Source: Flavobacteriales bacterium (GTDB taxonomy: Bacteria > Bacteroidota > Bacteroidia > NS11-12g > UBA955). Taken from it: 51,208 nucleotides of DNA. The notes under the pieces are model-generated. The model was not told where the DNA came from. It ran no database searches and saw only the letters and a program-made list of their open reading frames with translations. Where the stretch lies: assembly GCA_947463435.1 (NCBI GenBank), contig CANHTS010000002.1:1-51208 (forward strand), given 5' to 3'. The position numbers were made by a program, and so were the translations under genes. Positions 8,119-17,133 of the stretch are shown piece after piece (the stretch's first letter is position 1; each line of letters begins with the position of its first letter).

Positions 8119-9099
8119 GTGAAAACAGTTTACCTGCGGGCTGACGGTGGAACCAAAACCGGCTGGGGGCATATCAACCGCCTGGCCGGGCTGGCCTCCA
8201 TGCTCCGGGCAAGCTTCAATACCGTATTCGTGACAGCGGCAGCCGAAACCCACCTGCTCAGCAAACTGCGCGGCCATGCCGACCGCGTGGTGCAGTTGCC
8301 GGAGTTGGCTGAACCCGATTTTGCAAGCGACTTTCGGGGGCTGGAAACACAAGGACATATCCTTGTAGCCGACGGTTACCACTTTCCGGAGGACTATTTT
8401 CCGGCCGCACGCGCCGCCGGCATGCGCACGGTCTTCATCGACGATTTTGCCCGCGGGCCCTTTCATTGCGATTGTGTCATCAACCATGCACCGGCCTGTG
8501 CCTCGGCCTATGTAAACTTACCGGATTCCATCCGGCTTTGCGACGGCATCGCGTATGCCTTGTTGCGGCCGGCTTTTTATACAGCCATCAGCGGTAGCCC
8601 AGATCCCCGGCGCATCCTCTTGTCGATGGGCGCGGCCGACCCGGAATCCTGGACGCTGAAACTGCTGAAGGAATTGGTTCCAGCCTTCCCTTCCTTGGAA
8701 TGGCAGGTGATGCTTACAGGTTCCTTTGAAGCGCAACACCGCGCTGCGCTCGCACAATTTGCGGATGCGCACAAGCAGGTGGTTTTGCATCCCGACCTCG
8801 ATGCGGAAGCCGTTTGTGGCTTGATGGAATCTTGTGGTCATGCGTTGGTTTCTGCCAGTACTACCCTTTTCGAAGCCTGGTCGCGCGGCATTTTTGCTGC
8901 CGCCCTGGCCTATACCGACAACCAGCGCCTCATTTACGAAGGCATGGTGCAACAGGGCATGGCGTTTCCGTTTTTGGCGGCCGATGCAAAGGCTTCGCTG
9001 ACCGCCTATCTGGCGTATGAAGGACAGCGTTGCCGACGCAGCGCAACCTGGAATCCACCTGCAACCCTGCGCAAGGTGTTTGAAGAACTCGCAGCCTGA
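8119..9099 (+). CDS. pseG: UDP-2,4-diacetamido-2,4,6-trideoxy-beta-L-altropyranose hydrolase
   Basis: (V)KTVYLRADGGTKTGWGHINRLAGLA is a PseG-like N-terminus with a GT-B (GT28-like) body. The GTG start is 1 nt after the pseF stop; the track start 8038 lies inside pseF. There is no fused GNAT domain at the C-terminus. Confidence 0.8.
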   Translation: MKTVYLRADGGTKTGWGHINRLAGLASMLRASFNTVFVTAAAETHLLSKLRGHADRVVQLPELAEPDFASDFRGLETQGHILVADGYHFPEDYFPAARAAGMRTVFIDDFARGPFHCDCVINHAPACASAYVNLPDSIRLCDGIAYALLRPAFYTAISGSPDPRRILLSMGAADPESWTLKLLKELVPAFPSLEWQVMLTGSFEAQHRAALAQFADAHKQVVLHPDLDAEAVCGLMESCGHALVSASTTLFEAWSRGIFAAALAYTDNQRLIYEGMVQQGMAFPFLAADAKASLTAYLAYEGQRCRRSATWNPPATLRKVFEELAA

Positions 9100-9112
9100 A
9101 GCAAGATACAGA

Positions 9113-9979
9113 TTGAACAAGCGCATCGGCATATTGGCTTCCGGCGGATTGGGTGAAAGCGTACTGCGCAGCCTTCCCGTGCATCCTGCGTGGATTGCTA
9201 CCGACAGCGCTTCTGCCGGCATCATTGCCTTTGCCGAATCTGCCGGTATTCCGCTCTTTAAAGGAAACCCGAGGAAGGGGAGGCTGGCGGCTTTTCTGGC
9301 TGAACATCCTGCAGACCTGCTCCTTTCGGTGAATTACCTCTTTCTGCTGGAGGAAGATGTACTGCAACAGGTGCGCGACCGTATCAATTTCCACGGAAGC
9401 CTCTTGCCAAAATACCGCGGCCGTACGCCGCATGTATGGGCTATCATCAACAACGAAACGCAGGCCGGTATTACGGCCCATTTGATGGAAACCGGTTGCG
9501 ATACCGGTGATATCGTGCTGCAGGAAGTGGTTCCGATAGGCGAGGAGGACACCGGCGCCGACTTGCTGCGTGCCTATGCGGAGCGCTATCCGCACCTCGT
9601 AAACCGTGCAGTGGAAATGTGGATGGAAGGAACCCTTGCACGCAGCCCGCAGGACCACGAGAAGGCCAGCTTCTTCGGAAAGCGCAGTCCGGAAGACGGC
9701 GGTATCAACTGGAACTGGCAGCGCGAACGCATCCGCAATTGGGTGCGCGCCCAAGCAGAGCCCTATCCGGGTGCCTTTACTTTCGCCGGAGAACACAAAG
9801 TAATCATCGACCGTGTGGCTTACAGCGATGCCGGCTTTTCCTGGGACATGCCCAATGGTCTCGTGCTCGGTACCGGTCCCAACCCCTTGATAAAAACAAC
9901 CAATGGCGCATTGGAACTCGTTTCCGTGCGCAGCGGTCTGGAACAACTCCAGCCCGGTCTGGTATTGCATTCCATATGA
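9113..9979 (+). CDS. Fmt/ArnA-like formyltransferase (candidate sugar N-formyltransferase)
   Basis: Core motif INFHGSLLPKYRGRTPHVWAII (HxSLLPxxRG) with D in GCDTGDIV. The C-terminal region WQRERIRNWVRAQAEPYPGAFT is Fmt-C-like. The TTG start at 9113 lies just after the pseG stop. Its TGA overlaps the pseI ATG. Confidence 0.8.
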   Translation: MNKRIGILASGGLGESVLRSLPVHPAWIATDSASAGIIAFAESAGIPLFKGNPRKGRLAAFLAEHPADLLLSVNYLFLLEEDVLQQVRDRINFHGSLLPKYRGRTPHVWAIINNETQAGITAHLMETGCDTGDIVLQEVVPIGEEDTGADLLRAYAERYPHLVNRAVEMWMEGTLARSPQDHEKASFFGKRSPEDGGINWNWQRERIRNWVRAQAEPYPGAFTFAGEHKVIIDRVAYSDAGFSWDMPNGLVLGTGPNPLIKTTNGALELVSVRSGLEQLQPGLVLHSI

Positions 9980-11028
9980 AAATAGGTCATTTCAACCTTA
10001 CAGAAAACGGCCGCGTGATGCTGATTGCCGAATTGTCGGCCAACCACAATCACCGCCTCGATGTGGCCATAGACACCATCCGGGCAGCGGCCAAAGCCGG
10101 CGCGGATGCGATCAAGCTGCAGACCTATACGGCAGATACGCTCACAATCGATTGCGACAACGAACATTTCCGCATCGGGCACGGCACCTTGTGGGATGGC
10201 AAGACGCTATACAACCTATACAAGGAAGCCTATACGCCCTGGGAATGGCATGCCGAACTCTATCGCATTGCGCGGGAAGAAGGGCTGGTCTGCTTCAGCA
10301 GTCCCTTTGATGCAACGGCTGTTGATTTCCTGGAGGCCCTCGATACGCCGGCACACAAGATTGCATCCTTCGAGATTCAGGATATTCCGCTCATCCGCTA
10401 CGCTGCATCGAAAGGCAAACCCATCATTATCAGTACGGGCATCGCCATGGAAGAAGACGTGCGCCTGGCGGTAGAAACCTGCCGTGCAGCAGGCAACGAT
10501 CAGGTTGTGTTGCTCAAGTGCACTTCGGCTTACCCGGCACCGCTGGAAGAAGCCAATCTCCGCACCATGCAGGATCTCCGCGAGCGCTTCGGGGTGATGG
10601 TCGGCGTTTCTGACCATACGATGGACCATACGGTGCCTGTTGTGGCAACGGCACTCGGGGGTTGCCTGATTGAAAAGCACTTCATTCTCGACCGTAACCT
10701 CGGCGGTCCGGACGCTGCGTTCTCGCTCGACCCGGCCGGTTTTGCCGAGATGGCGCGGCAGGTGCGCGACGTGGAAACGGCCCTCGGGCGCGTGAGCTAT
10801 GAACGTTCGGAATTGGTGGAGAAGAACCGCAAGTTTGCCCGTTCGCTTTTTGTGGTTGACGATGTGAAAGCCGGTGAGGCCATCACGGCAGCCAATGTGC
10901 GGTCAATCCGGCCGGGCTTTGGCCTGCACCCGCGGTATTACGATACCGTGCTCGGCAAGACCTTTACCCGCGACATCGTGCGCGGAACGCCGCTCTCGGC
11001 AGACCATATTGCAGGCTTCAGCGCCTGA
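9976..11028 (+). CDS. pseI: Pseudaminic acid synthase
   Basis: VMLIAELSANHNHRLD...IKLQTY...HKIASFE...IISTGIA...VGVSDHT... plus a C-terminal SAF domain (FVVDDVKAGEAIT..NVRSIRPG) place it in the NeuB family, PseI-like. The true ATG is 9976 (ATGA); the track start 9619 lies inside the upstream gene. Confidence 0.88.
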   Translation: MKIGHFNLTENGRVMLIAELSANHNHRLDVAIDTIRAAAKAGADAIKLQTYTADTLTIDCDNEHFRIGHGTLWDGKTLYNLYKEAYTPWEWHAELYRIAREEGLVCFSSPFDATAVDFLEALDTPAHKIASFEIQDIPLIRYAASKGKPIIISTGIAMEEDVRLAVETCRAAGNDQVVLLKCTSAYPAPLEEANLRTMQDLRERFGVMVGVSDHTMDHTVPVVATALGGCLIEKHFILDRNLGGPDAAFSLDPAGFAEMARQVRDVETALGRVSYERSELVEKNRKFARSLFVVDDVKAGEAITAANVRSIRPGFGLHPRYYDTVLGKTFTRDIVRGTPLSADHIAGFSA

Positions 11029-11051
11029 ACCTGCATCTTTTCAAACAACCG

Positions 11052-12539
11052 ATGAAAGTCGCCTTCTTCAGTTCACATATCCTCTGGGATACCCATTACG
11101 AGACGGAGCTCGAGATCATGCAGCGCCATCTCGATGCCGGTGATGAAGTATACCAGTATGTGTGCAATGCAGAGATGACCGCCTGCGACGTGAACCCAGA
11201 CCACGGCTTCAGCCGTTGCGTGCAGTGCATGGCCAAGCGCCGCCACGGACGAAGCTTGCTGAGCAAGGAAGTTCCTACGCAATCCTACCAACAACTGCAC
11301 GCTGGAGACCAACGCCGCATCGATGCATTCATGGCCCAATTGCCCGGGGAACTGGATGCCTTCAAGGCCTTGCGCTTCGATCACTTTGACGTGGGTTACG
11401 CGGTGGTTTCTTCCATCGTCAGCCAGCTGGAGAATCCGAAACCGGATATCCGCGCCAACCGCTTCCTTTTTGAAAGCTTCACCCGGGCTGCCCTCGAGGT
11501 ATACCTCTCTTTCATGCACCGCCTGCAGGCCGACAAGCCCGACCGCATCTATATTTTCAACGGAAGGCTGGCACAGGTGAAGGGCGTTTTCCGCGCTGCA
11601 CAGGCTTGCGGCATTCCCTGCCATATCCACGAACGCGGCAACACGTTCCGGCTCTACGGCATCTTCGAAGACCATTTGCCCCACGATATCCGGCGCATGG
11701 GAGAGAAGATGGAAGCCTTCTGGCACAGCGGGGAAGACGAAGCCGAAAAAGAACGCCTTGCTGCATTTTTTTTCGAAAACCGGCGCAAGGGCGTATTACT
11801 CTCCTGGAAATCGTTCACCGACAAGCAGGTGAAAGGCTTGTTACCCGACGGTTTCGATCCGGATAAGAAGAACATCATGATCTTCAACTCTTCGGAGTTT
11901 GAGTTTGCCTCCATCGGTCCGGAATGGGACAATACCATTTACCGCGACCAGAACAACGGGGTAACGCGCATTTGTGCCGATATGGCCGCGCACCCGGAAT
12001 ACCATTTTTACATGCGCTTGCATCCCAATCTTGCCACAGCCGACCCGGCGAACTACGAAAAGGTCCGACAATTGCATGCGCCCAATCTAACGGTAATCAT
12101 GCCCGATGCGCCGATAGACAGTTACCATTTGCTCGACGCCGCATGGAAGGTGATTACTTTCGGTTCGACCATGGGCATGGAAGCCACCTGGTGGGGCAAG
12201 CCATCGATCATGGCCGGGCACTGTTTGTACGAATGCTTCGATTCCATTTACAAACCGAATGACCATGATGAATTGCTGGGCATGCTGCTCGACCCCGAAC
12301 TGCCGCCCTGCGACAAGGCCGACGCCCGCAAGTTCGGTTACTTCTATGCAGCCTACGGGCATCCATATAAATACTACGAGCCGATCGACTACAAATCTGG
12401 TACCTATCGCGGTGTCCATCTGGAACCCAAACTGAGACCGGCCGAAGAACGGATCATGGAGCGCTACTGGAAATACCGTCGTTTCTCCTTGCTTCGCCAA
12501 CCCCTTGAGCGCACAATCCTGCGCAAGCTGCATGACTGA
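11052..12539 (+). CDS. Uncharacterised 495-aa protein; candidate GT-B nonulosonic-acid (pseudaminyl) transferase with an HP motif
   Basis: N-terminal Cys cluster C-x6-C-x10-C-x2-C (CNAEMTACDVNPDHGFSRCVQC). C-terminal YMRLHPN-(44 aa)-FGSTMGMEATWWGKP. It lies directly downstream of pseI. The function is inferred, not recognised. Confidence 0.5.
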   Translation: MKVAFFSSHILWDTHYETELEIMQRHLDAGDEVYQYVCNAEMTACDVNPDHGFSRCVQCMAKRRHGRSLLSKEVPTQSYQQLHAGDQRRIDAFMAQLPGELDAFKALRFDHFDVGYAVVSSIVSQLENPKPDIRANRFLFESFTRAALEVYLSFMHRLQADKPDRIYIFNGRLAQVKGVFRAAQACGIPCHIHERGNTFRLYGIFEDHLPHDIRRMGEKMEAFWHSGEDEAEKERLAAFFFENRRKGVLLSWKSFTDKQVKGLLPDGFDPDKKNIMIFNSSEFEFASIGPEWDNTIYRDQNNGVTRICADMAAHPEYHFYMRLHPNLATADPANYEKVRQLHAPNLTVIMPDAPIDSYHLLDAAWKVITFGSTMGMEATWWGKPSIMAGHCLYECFDSIYKPNDHDELLGMLLDPELPPCDKADARKFGYFYAAYGHPYKYYEPIDYKSGTYRGVHLEPKLRPAEERIMERYWKYRRFSLLRQPLERTILRKLHD

Positions 12540-13521
12540 AATGCTGCCCAAGGTCTCCATCGTTATGCCCGCATACAACGCCGGGCAGTACATCGCCGAA
12601 ACGATTGCTTCGGTACAGGCGCAGACCATGACCGACTGGGAGCTGGTGATTACCGACGACGGATCGACAGACCAGACAGCAGCGGTCGTGGAAGCGCTGG
12701 CTGTGGCAGACCCGCGCATCCGGCTCTACCGCCAGCAAAATGGCCGGCAGGGCAAGGCGCGCAACCTGGCCTTGAAGCATACAAAGGCTGCCTGGATAGC
12801 GTTTCTGGACGCAGACGACCTTTGGCATCCGGAGAAGCTCAGCCGGCAATTTGATGTCATAGAGGCGCATCCCGAGGCAGAATTGGTGTTTACAGCCGGC
12901 ATCAGTTTCGACAGCGACAGTGGAGAGGAGAAGGAAACCCATCCTGCCCACAACGGCCTCCTGGATCGGGATGAGATCTACCTCGAAATCTTGCGTGGAT
13001 ACAGCCTGCCGGTCTTGTCGGTACTCGTGCAGCGCGCCTGGATAGATAAGGTAGGAGGCTTCGGCGAAGCGTTGCCCTTGCAAAACGCCGAAGATTATCA
13101 GCTTTGGTTGAAAATGGCGGACGTAGGTGTACAGATGTACGGCTTGAATGAGTCATTATTCCGCTACCGCATCCATACGGCACAGACCACCTTTCAAGAC
13201 GGCGTGAACCTGCCGAATGTGCTCTGGGCCCTGTCGCTTGCAAAGCTCGGCCGCATCAGCGAACAGGCGAAGCGCCGTCTCATGGAGCAAAGGTTGAACC
13301 GTTATCTTGTGCACCATGTAGACGAACTCAGCGGCGAGCGGTTGAACAAAGTCATTGTTTTGTACCAATCGCCATTGGGCAAAACGGGCTTGTATTACCA
13401 GATAAGACTCCGCTTGCTGGCCGGCAAATCGAATTTCAAGAATTGGGCATACGGAAACCTGAATCTCAAATTGGAGACCCCGGAAATCTACCGCATCCAT
13501 TCAAGCAATACGGAAATTTGA
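12532..13521 (+). CDS. Family 2 glycosyltransferase
   Basis: VSIVMPAYNAGQYIAETIASV...VITDDGSTD...FLDADDLW (DxD). ATG 12532 is used; 12541 is an alternative. The track start 12505 overlaps the upstream gene. Confidence 0.85.
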   Translation: MTEMLPKVSIVMPAYNAGQYIAETIASVQAQTMTDWELVITDDGSTDQTAAVVEALAVADPRIRLYRQQNGRQGKARNLALKHTKAAWIAFLDADDLWHPEKLSRQFDVIEAHPEAELVFTAGISFDSDSGEEKETHPAHNGLLDRDEIYLEILRGYSLPVLSVLVQRAWIDKVGGFGEALPLQNAEDYQLWLKMADVGVQMYGLNESLFRYRIHTAQTTFQDGVNLPNVLWALSLAKLGRISEQAKRRLMEQRLNRYLVHHVDELSGERLNKVIVLYQSPLGKTGLYYQIRLRLLAGKSNFKNWAYGNLNLKLETPEIYRIHSSNTEI

Positions 13522-13525
13522 AACC

Positions 13526-14314
13526 ATGAACAAACTGCCTGTTTCGGCACTGGTTGCATCCTGCAACGAGGGCCATATGCTCGAAGATTGCCTCAGGAGT
13601 TTGCAGTTCTGCGACGAAATATTCGGAATCGACCTGCAATCAGACGACAATTCCATGGAATTGTTTCGGAAATATGCCACCCAGGTTGAAACTTTTCAGC
13701 GCGTACCGATGATCGAACGCGTGCATCCGCATTTCATCGACAAGTTGAAGCACGACTGGATCATATTGATAGACCCTGATGAGCGCATCATGCCGGCGCT
13801 GGCTGCATCGATAGCCGAAGAACTGCAGAAGGTGGAACCGGAAATTGCCGCTCTGAGGGTTCCGATGATCAACCATTTCAAGGGCCGTGCACTGAAGGGC
13901 ACCACTTATGGCGGCATTATTTACGCGCGCCTGCTGTACCGCCGCTCCGGCATCACGGTAGACGACGACGTGCACAAAGGCATCAAGCTCAGACCCGGTT
14001 TTGACAGAAAGAAAATCAGGTTCACCGGCGAGAACTACGACAAGCACCTGTGGTGCAATAGCTGGAAACAATTGGCCGACAAGCACCGCCGTTACCTGCT
14101 TGGAGAAGGCCAGGCGCGCTACAACGAGGGTCTCCGGCACAGTTTCAAGGAGCAGTGGATGGCGTTTTTCCGAACCTTCTATTTCAGTTTCAAGGGATTG
14201 AAGGGCTATAAGGATGGCCTGACGGGTTTGATGATTTCATTCATGGAAGCCCGATATGAATTTCTGTCCTGGGCCGGACTGAAGGCTTATCAACGAACAA
14301 TACAAAAGCAATAG
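13526..14314 (+). CDS. Family 2 glycosyltransferase (WaaE/KdtX-like short GT2)
   Basis: VSALVASCNEGHMLEDCLRSLQFCDEI..., DxD LIDPDERI, and HLWCNSW...YLLGEGQARYNEG. 262 aa. Confidence 0.78.
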   Translation: MNKLPVSALVASCNEGHMLEDCLRSLQFCDEIFGIDLQSDDNSMELFRKYATQVETFQRVPMIERVHPHFIDKLKHDWIILIDPDERIMPALAASIAEELQKVEPEIAALRVPMINHFKGRALKGTTYGGIIYARLLYRRSGITVDDDVHKGIKLRPGFDRKKIRFTGENYDKHLWCNSWKQLADKHRRYLLGEGQARYNEGLRHSFKEQWMAFFRTFYFSFKGLKGYKDGLTGLMISFMEARYEFLSWAGLKAYQRTIQKQ

Positions 14315-14349
14315 AATCGGACAGCGCCTGCTCGCCTATCAGACGCTGC

Positions 14350-15169
14350 ATGAACAAATTTCCCATCTCCGCACTGGTTGCCTCTTACAACGAAGCGCAA
14401 CTATAAGAAGACTGCCTGAAATCGCTGCAATTTTGCGATGAAGTGGTGGTGGTTGATTATTTGAGACACAACACGGCAGAAATTGCCCGAAGCTGGGCTA
14501 GAAGATAGCATTTAGAACCGGAATATGTTCCTTATTTCTACGTGCACCACCACAAATACATACCGTCTTTGAAGCACAATTGGTTTATCCTGATTGATCC
14601 GGATAAACGGATTATGCCGGCGCTGTCGATAGGTGCTTTTCTGCAAACCGTTGCAGCCGACATTGCAGCCATACGCGTAACGATGATCAACCACTTCAAG
14701 GGGAAGGCCCTAAAAGGAACCACTTATGGTGGAATCGTCTATGCGCGGATCCTGGATTTCAAGCCTGGCATCAGCATCGACGACGATGTACACAATGGCA
14801 TCAGGGTATTGCCAGGGTTCGATAAGACCAAGATTTGGTTTGAAATGGAGAATTACGACCGGCATCTCTGGTGCAACAGCTGGGCGCAGTTGTTACGACA
14901 AGCGCAGGCGTTATTTGCTTGGCGTAGGCCAGGCGCGCTATAACGAAGGCAGGAGTTACCGCTTCGGAGACGAATGGAAAGGGCTACTGCGCATGTTCTA
15001 TTTCAATTTCAAGGGCATGAAAGGTTACAAGGATGGGCTGCGCGGGCTAGGTGTCTCGCTGAAGGAAGCGCGTTACGGGTTCATCGCCTGCCGCCGACTC
15101 AGAGATGATCAACACGCGCAGACCGCGCTGTCGGAAAATTTAAGAACTAAAGAAAACAGGCTAACATAA
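14350..15169 (+). pseudogene. Decayed tandem paralog of the GT2 gene at 13526-14314
   Basis: It aligns to the upstream gene along its whole length (MNKFPISALVASYNE.., LIDPDKRIMPAL, MINHFKGKALKGTTYGG, HLWCNSW, YLLGVGQARYNEG, FNFKGMKGYKDGL). It carries in-frame TAA at 14404-14406 and TAG at 14506-14508. A frameshift near 14892 splits it into track ORFs 14542-14943 and 14726-15169. Confidence 0.82.
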
Positions 15170-15177
15170 CCCTCCCT

Positions 15178-17094
15178 ATGTGCGGTATTGCAGGAATCTG
15201 GAGACTGAATAACCAAAACGTTGGTTTAGAAGAACTTAGGCAGTTTACGGACAGTTTATTGCACCGTGGGCCTGACGGTGCTGGCTACGAATTGCTCGAC
15301 GATAAGCGGCTCGGCCTTGGTCAGCGGCGGCTTTCCATCCTTGATACTTCCGAGTTGGCCAGCCAGCCTATGTTTTTTGCCGATGGCAGGTATGCCATTG
15401 TGTACAACGGAGAAGTCTACAATTTTCTCGAGTTGCGCAAGGAGCTGGAAGGCAAGGGTCATGTTTTCCGTTCCGGCAGCGACACCGAGGTGATACTGGC
15501 GGCATGGGCCGAATGGGGTAAGGCTTGCCTTGACCGGTTTAACGGCATGTGGGCTTTCGCCATCTGGGACCGCGACCGGCGTGAATTGTTCCTCGCCCGC
15601 GATCGGTTTGGGGTGAAGCCCTTGTACTACATTCACAAGCCCGGGGAGTTCTTTGCCTTTGCTTCCGAATCGCAGGCTTTCCGCTTTGTTGCCGGGCATA
15701 AGCGCGAATTTGAACTCGACCATATCACCGTTGCCCTGCGCGATACCCTGGTATTGGAAGGTGCGGGATGTACGATATACAAGCATACCTGGCAGCTGTT
15801 GCCTGGTCATTGCATGCTGCTGCGCGCCGACGACGCGGTGGCGCAGCAAGTGCGCTGGTACAATATTCTGGATCACAAGCGCCCGGTTCCGGCCAAGTAT
15901 GAAGACCAGGTGGCGGAATTCCGCGCGCTGTTTGAAGACGCATGCCGCATCCGGTTGCGCAGCGATGTGCCTGTTGCATCGGCGCTGAGCGGAGGGCTGG
16001 ATTCTTCATCGGTATACTGCATGGTTCACCACCTCAAGAAGAAGTACGGAGACGGTGAACGGGAGTCTGGCAACTGGCAACAGGCCATTACGGCATCTTT
16101 CCCGGATACGGCGATGGATGAGGTGGAATATGCGCGCATCGTGGCAAAGCATGTGGGCGAGGAGAACTGGCATTGCATCACCAACCGTTTTAATGTGTTG
16201 TCGGATGTGATGGAAGAAACCACCCGCCGCTATGATTCCATTTCGCCTACACCGATAGCCTCCATCAACCCGGTTTACCGCGGCATCCGTGAACACGGTG
16301 TGATCGTTTCGCTCGACGGGCACGGTGCCGACGAAATGCTCTACGGGTACCGTTACACCCTATTTGATTTATTCGCCCACCACGCTTGGTCAGGAAGCGA
16401 GAAGCGGGCCAGGGAAATCGGCGAAATTCTCACGCAGCTATACGCATATGAGCAAAGGCCACCGATAGCCAGAAAATTGGATAAGCAGTTGTTGGAAGCA
16501 TCGCGCGTGCGCAAATCGTTCCTCCACCGGCTCAAGCGAATTGTAAAACCTTCACATCCAACAGCTGTCTTGCGCGATCGCCGCACCGGCCTCAAAACAC
16601 CACCGGCCGAGGCTTATAACTTCGCTCATCTGCCGCTCGATGAGCGGGTGTTGTACGAAGATTTCTTCCTCTACAGTCTGCCTACTTTCCTCTGCGACTT
16701 CGACCGTGCTTCGATGTTCAATCATGTCGAAGTGCGCATGCCATTCATGGATTACCGCCTGGTCGAATTCTGTTTCTCCCTCCCTGCGGAAAGCAAACTG
16801 GGCGGCGGTTATACCAAACGCATACTCCGCGATGCCATGAAAGGAATTGTGCCTGAGGAGATCCTTACCCGCACCTTTAAAGTCGGAATTGCAGCACCGT
16901 TCCAGCATTGGTTAAATACCTATTTGAAAGAATGGGCGCTGGAGAAAATGAAAACCGATATATTCGCATACGCTTGCGAAAAACAGGGTGTAGAGGCAGA
17001 AAACCTCATCAAAGCATTGAAGAACAATGCGCTCGACGATGTAATCTCAAACCAGATATGGCTTGGTTTGAACTTAACGATGCTCGAACCCTGA
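15178..17094 (+). CDS. Asparagine synthase (glutamine-hydrolysing)-like amidotransferase, polysaccharide-locus type
   Basis: MCGIAG (Cys2 Ntn glutaminase), RGPDG, NGEVYNF, and PP-loop ALSGGLDSS. 638 aa. Confidence 0.88.
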   Translation: MCGIAGIWRLNNQNVGLEELRQFTDSLLHRGPDGAGYELLDDKRLGLGQRRLSILDTSELASQPMFFADGRYAIVYNGEVYNFLELRKELEGKGHVFRSGSDTEVILAAWAEWGKACLDRFNGMWAFAIWDRDRRELFLARDRFGVKPLYYIHKPGEFFAFASESQAFRFVAGHKREFELDHITVALRDTLVLEGAGCTIYKHTWQLLPGHCMLLRADDAVAQQVRWYNILDHKRPVPAKYEDQVAEFRALFEDACRIRLRSDVPVASALSGGLDSSSVYCMVHHLKKKYGDGERESGNWQQAITASFPDTAMDEVEYARIVAKHVGEENWHCITNRFNVLSDVMEETTRRYDSISPTPIASINPVYRGIREHGVIVSLDGHGADEMLYGYRYTLFDLFAHHAWSGSEKRAREIGEILTQLYAYEQRPPIARKLDKQLLEASRVRKSFLHRLKRIVKPSHPTAVLRDRRTGLKTPPAEAYNFAHLPLDERVLYEDFFLYSLPTFLCDFDRASMFNHVEVRMPFMDYRLVEFCFSLPAESKLGGGYTKRILRDAMKGIVPEEILTRTFKVGIAAPFQHWLNTYLKEWALEKMKTDIFAYACEKQGVEAENLIKALKNNALDDVISNQIWLGLNLTMLEP

Positions 17095-17133
17095 GTGCGC
17101 AAACGCACGTTTTCAATCTAAAACACCATCAAG

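Noticed and set aside
9619-9975. 5' extensions of ORF-track entries that overlap the upstream gene (track starts 708, 8038, 9017, 9619, 12505, 20508, 20921, 23552, 29896, 33937, 35541, 43090, 46538, 47455 and 47473).
   Set aside because: In every case a start codon sits at or next to the upstream stop (ATGA, TGATG, or 1-5 nt away), and the family-typical N-terminus begins there. The extensions look like read-through of an open frame.
17095-17113. Small hairpin GTGCG-CAAA-CGCAC followed by GTTTTC after the first AsnB-like gene, a possible intrinsic terminator.
   Set aside because: The stem is only 5 bp, the U-tract is poor, and the next gene starts 21 nt later in the same direction. It is too weak to call.
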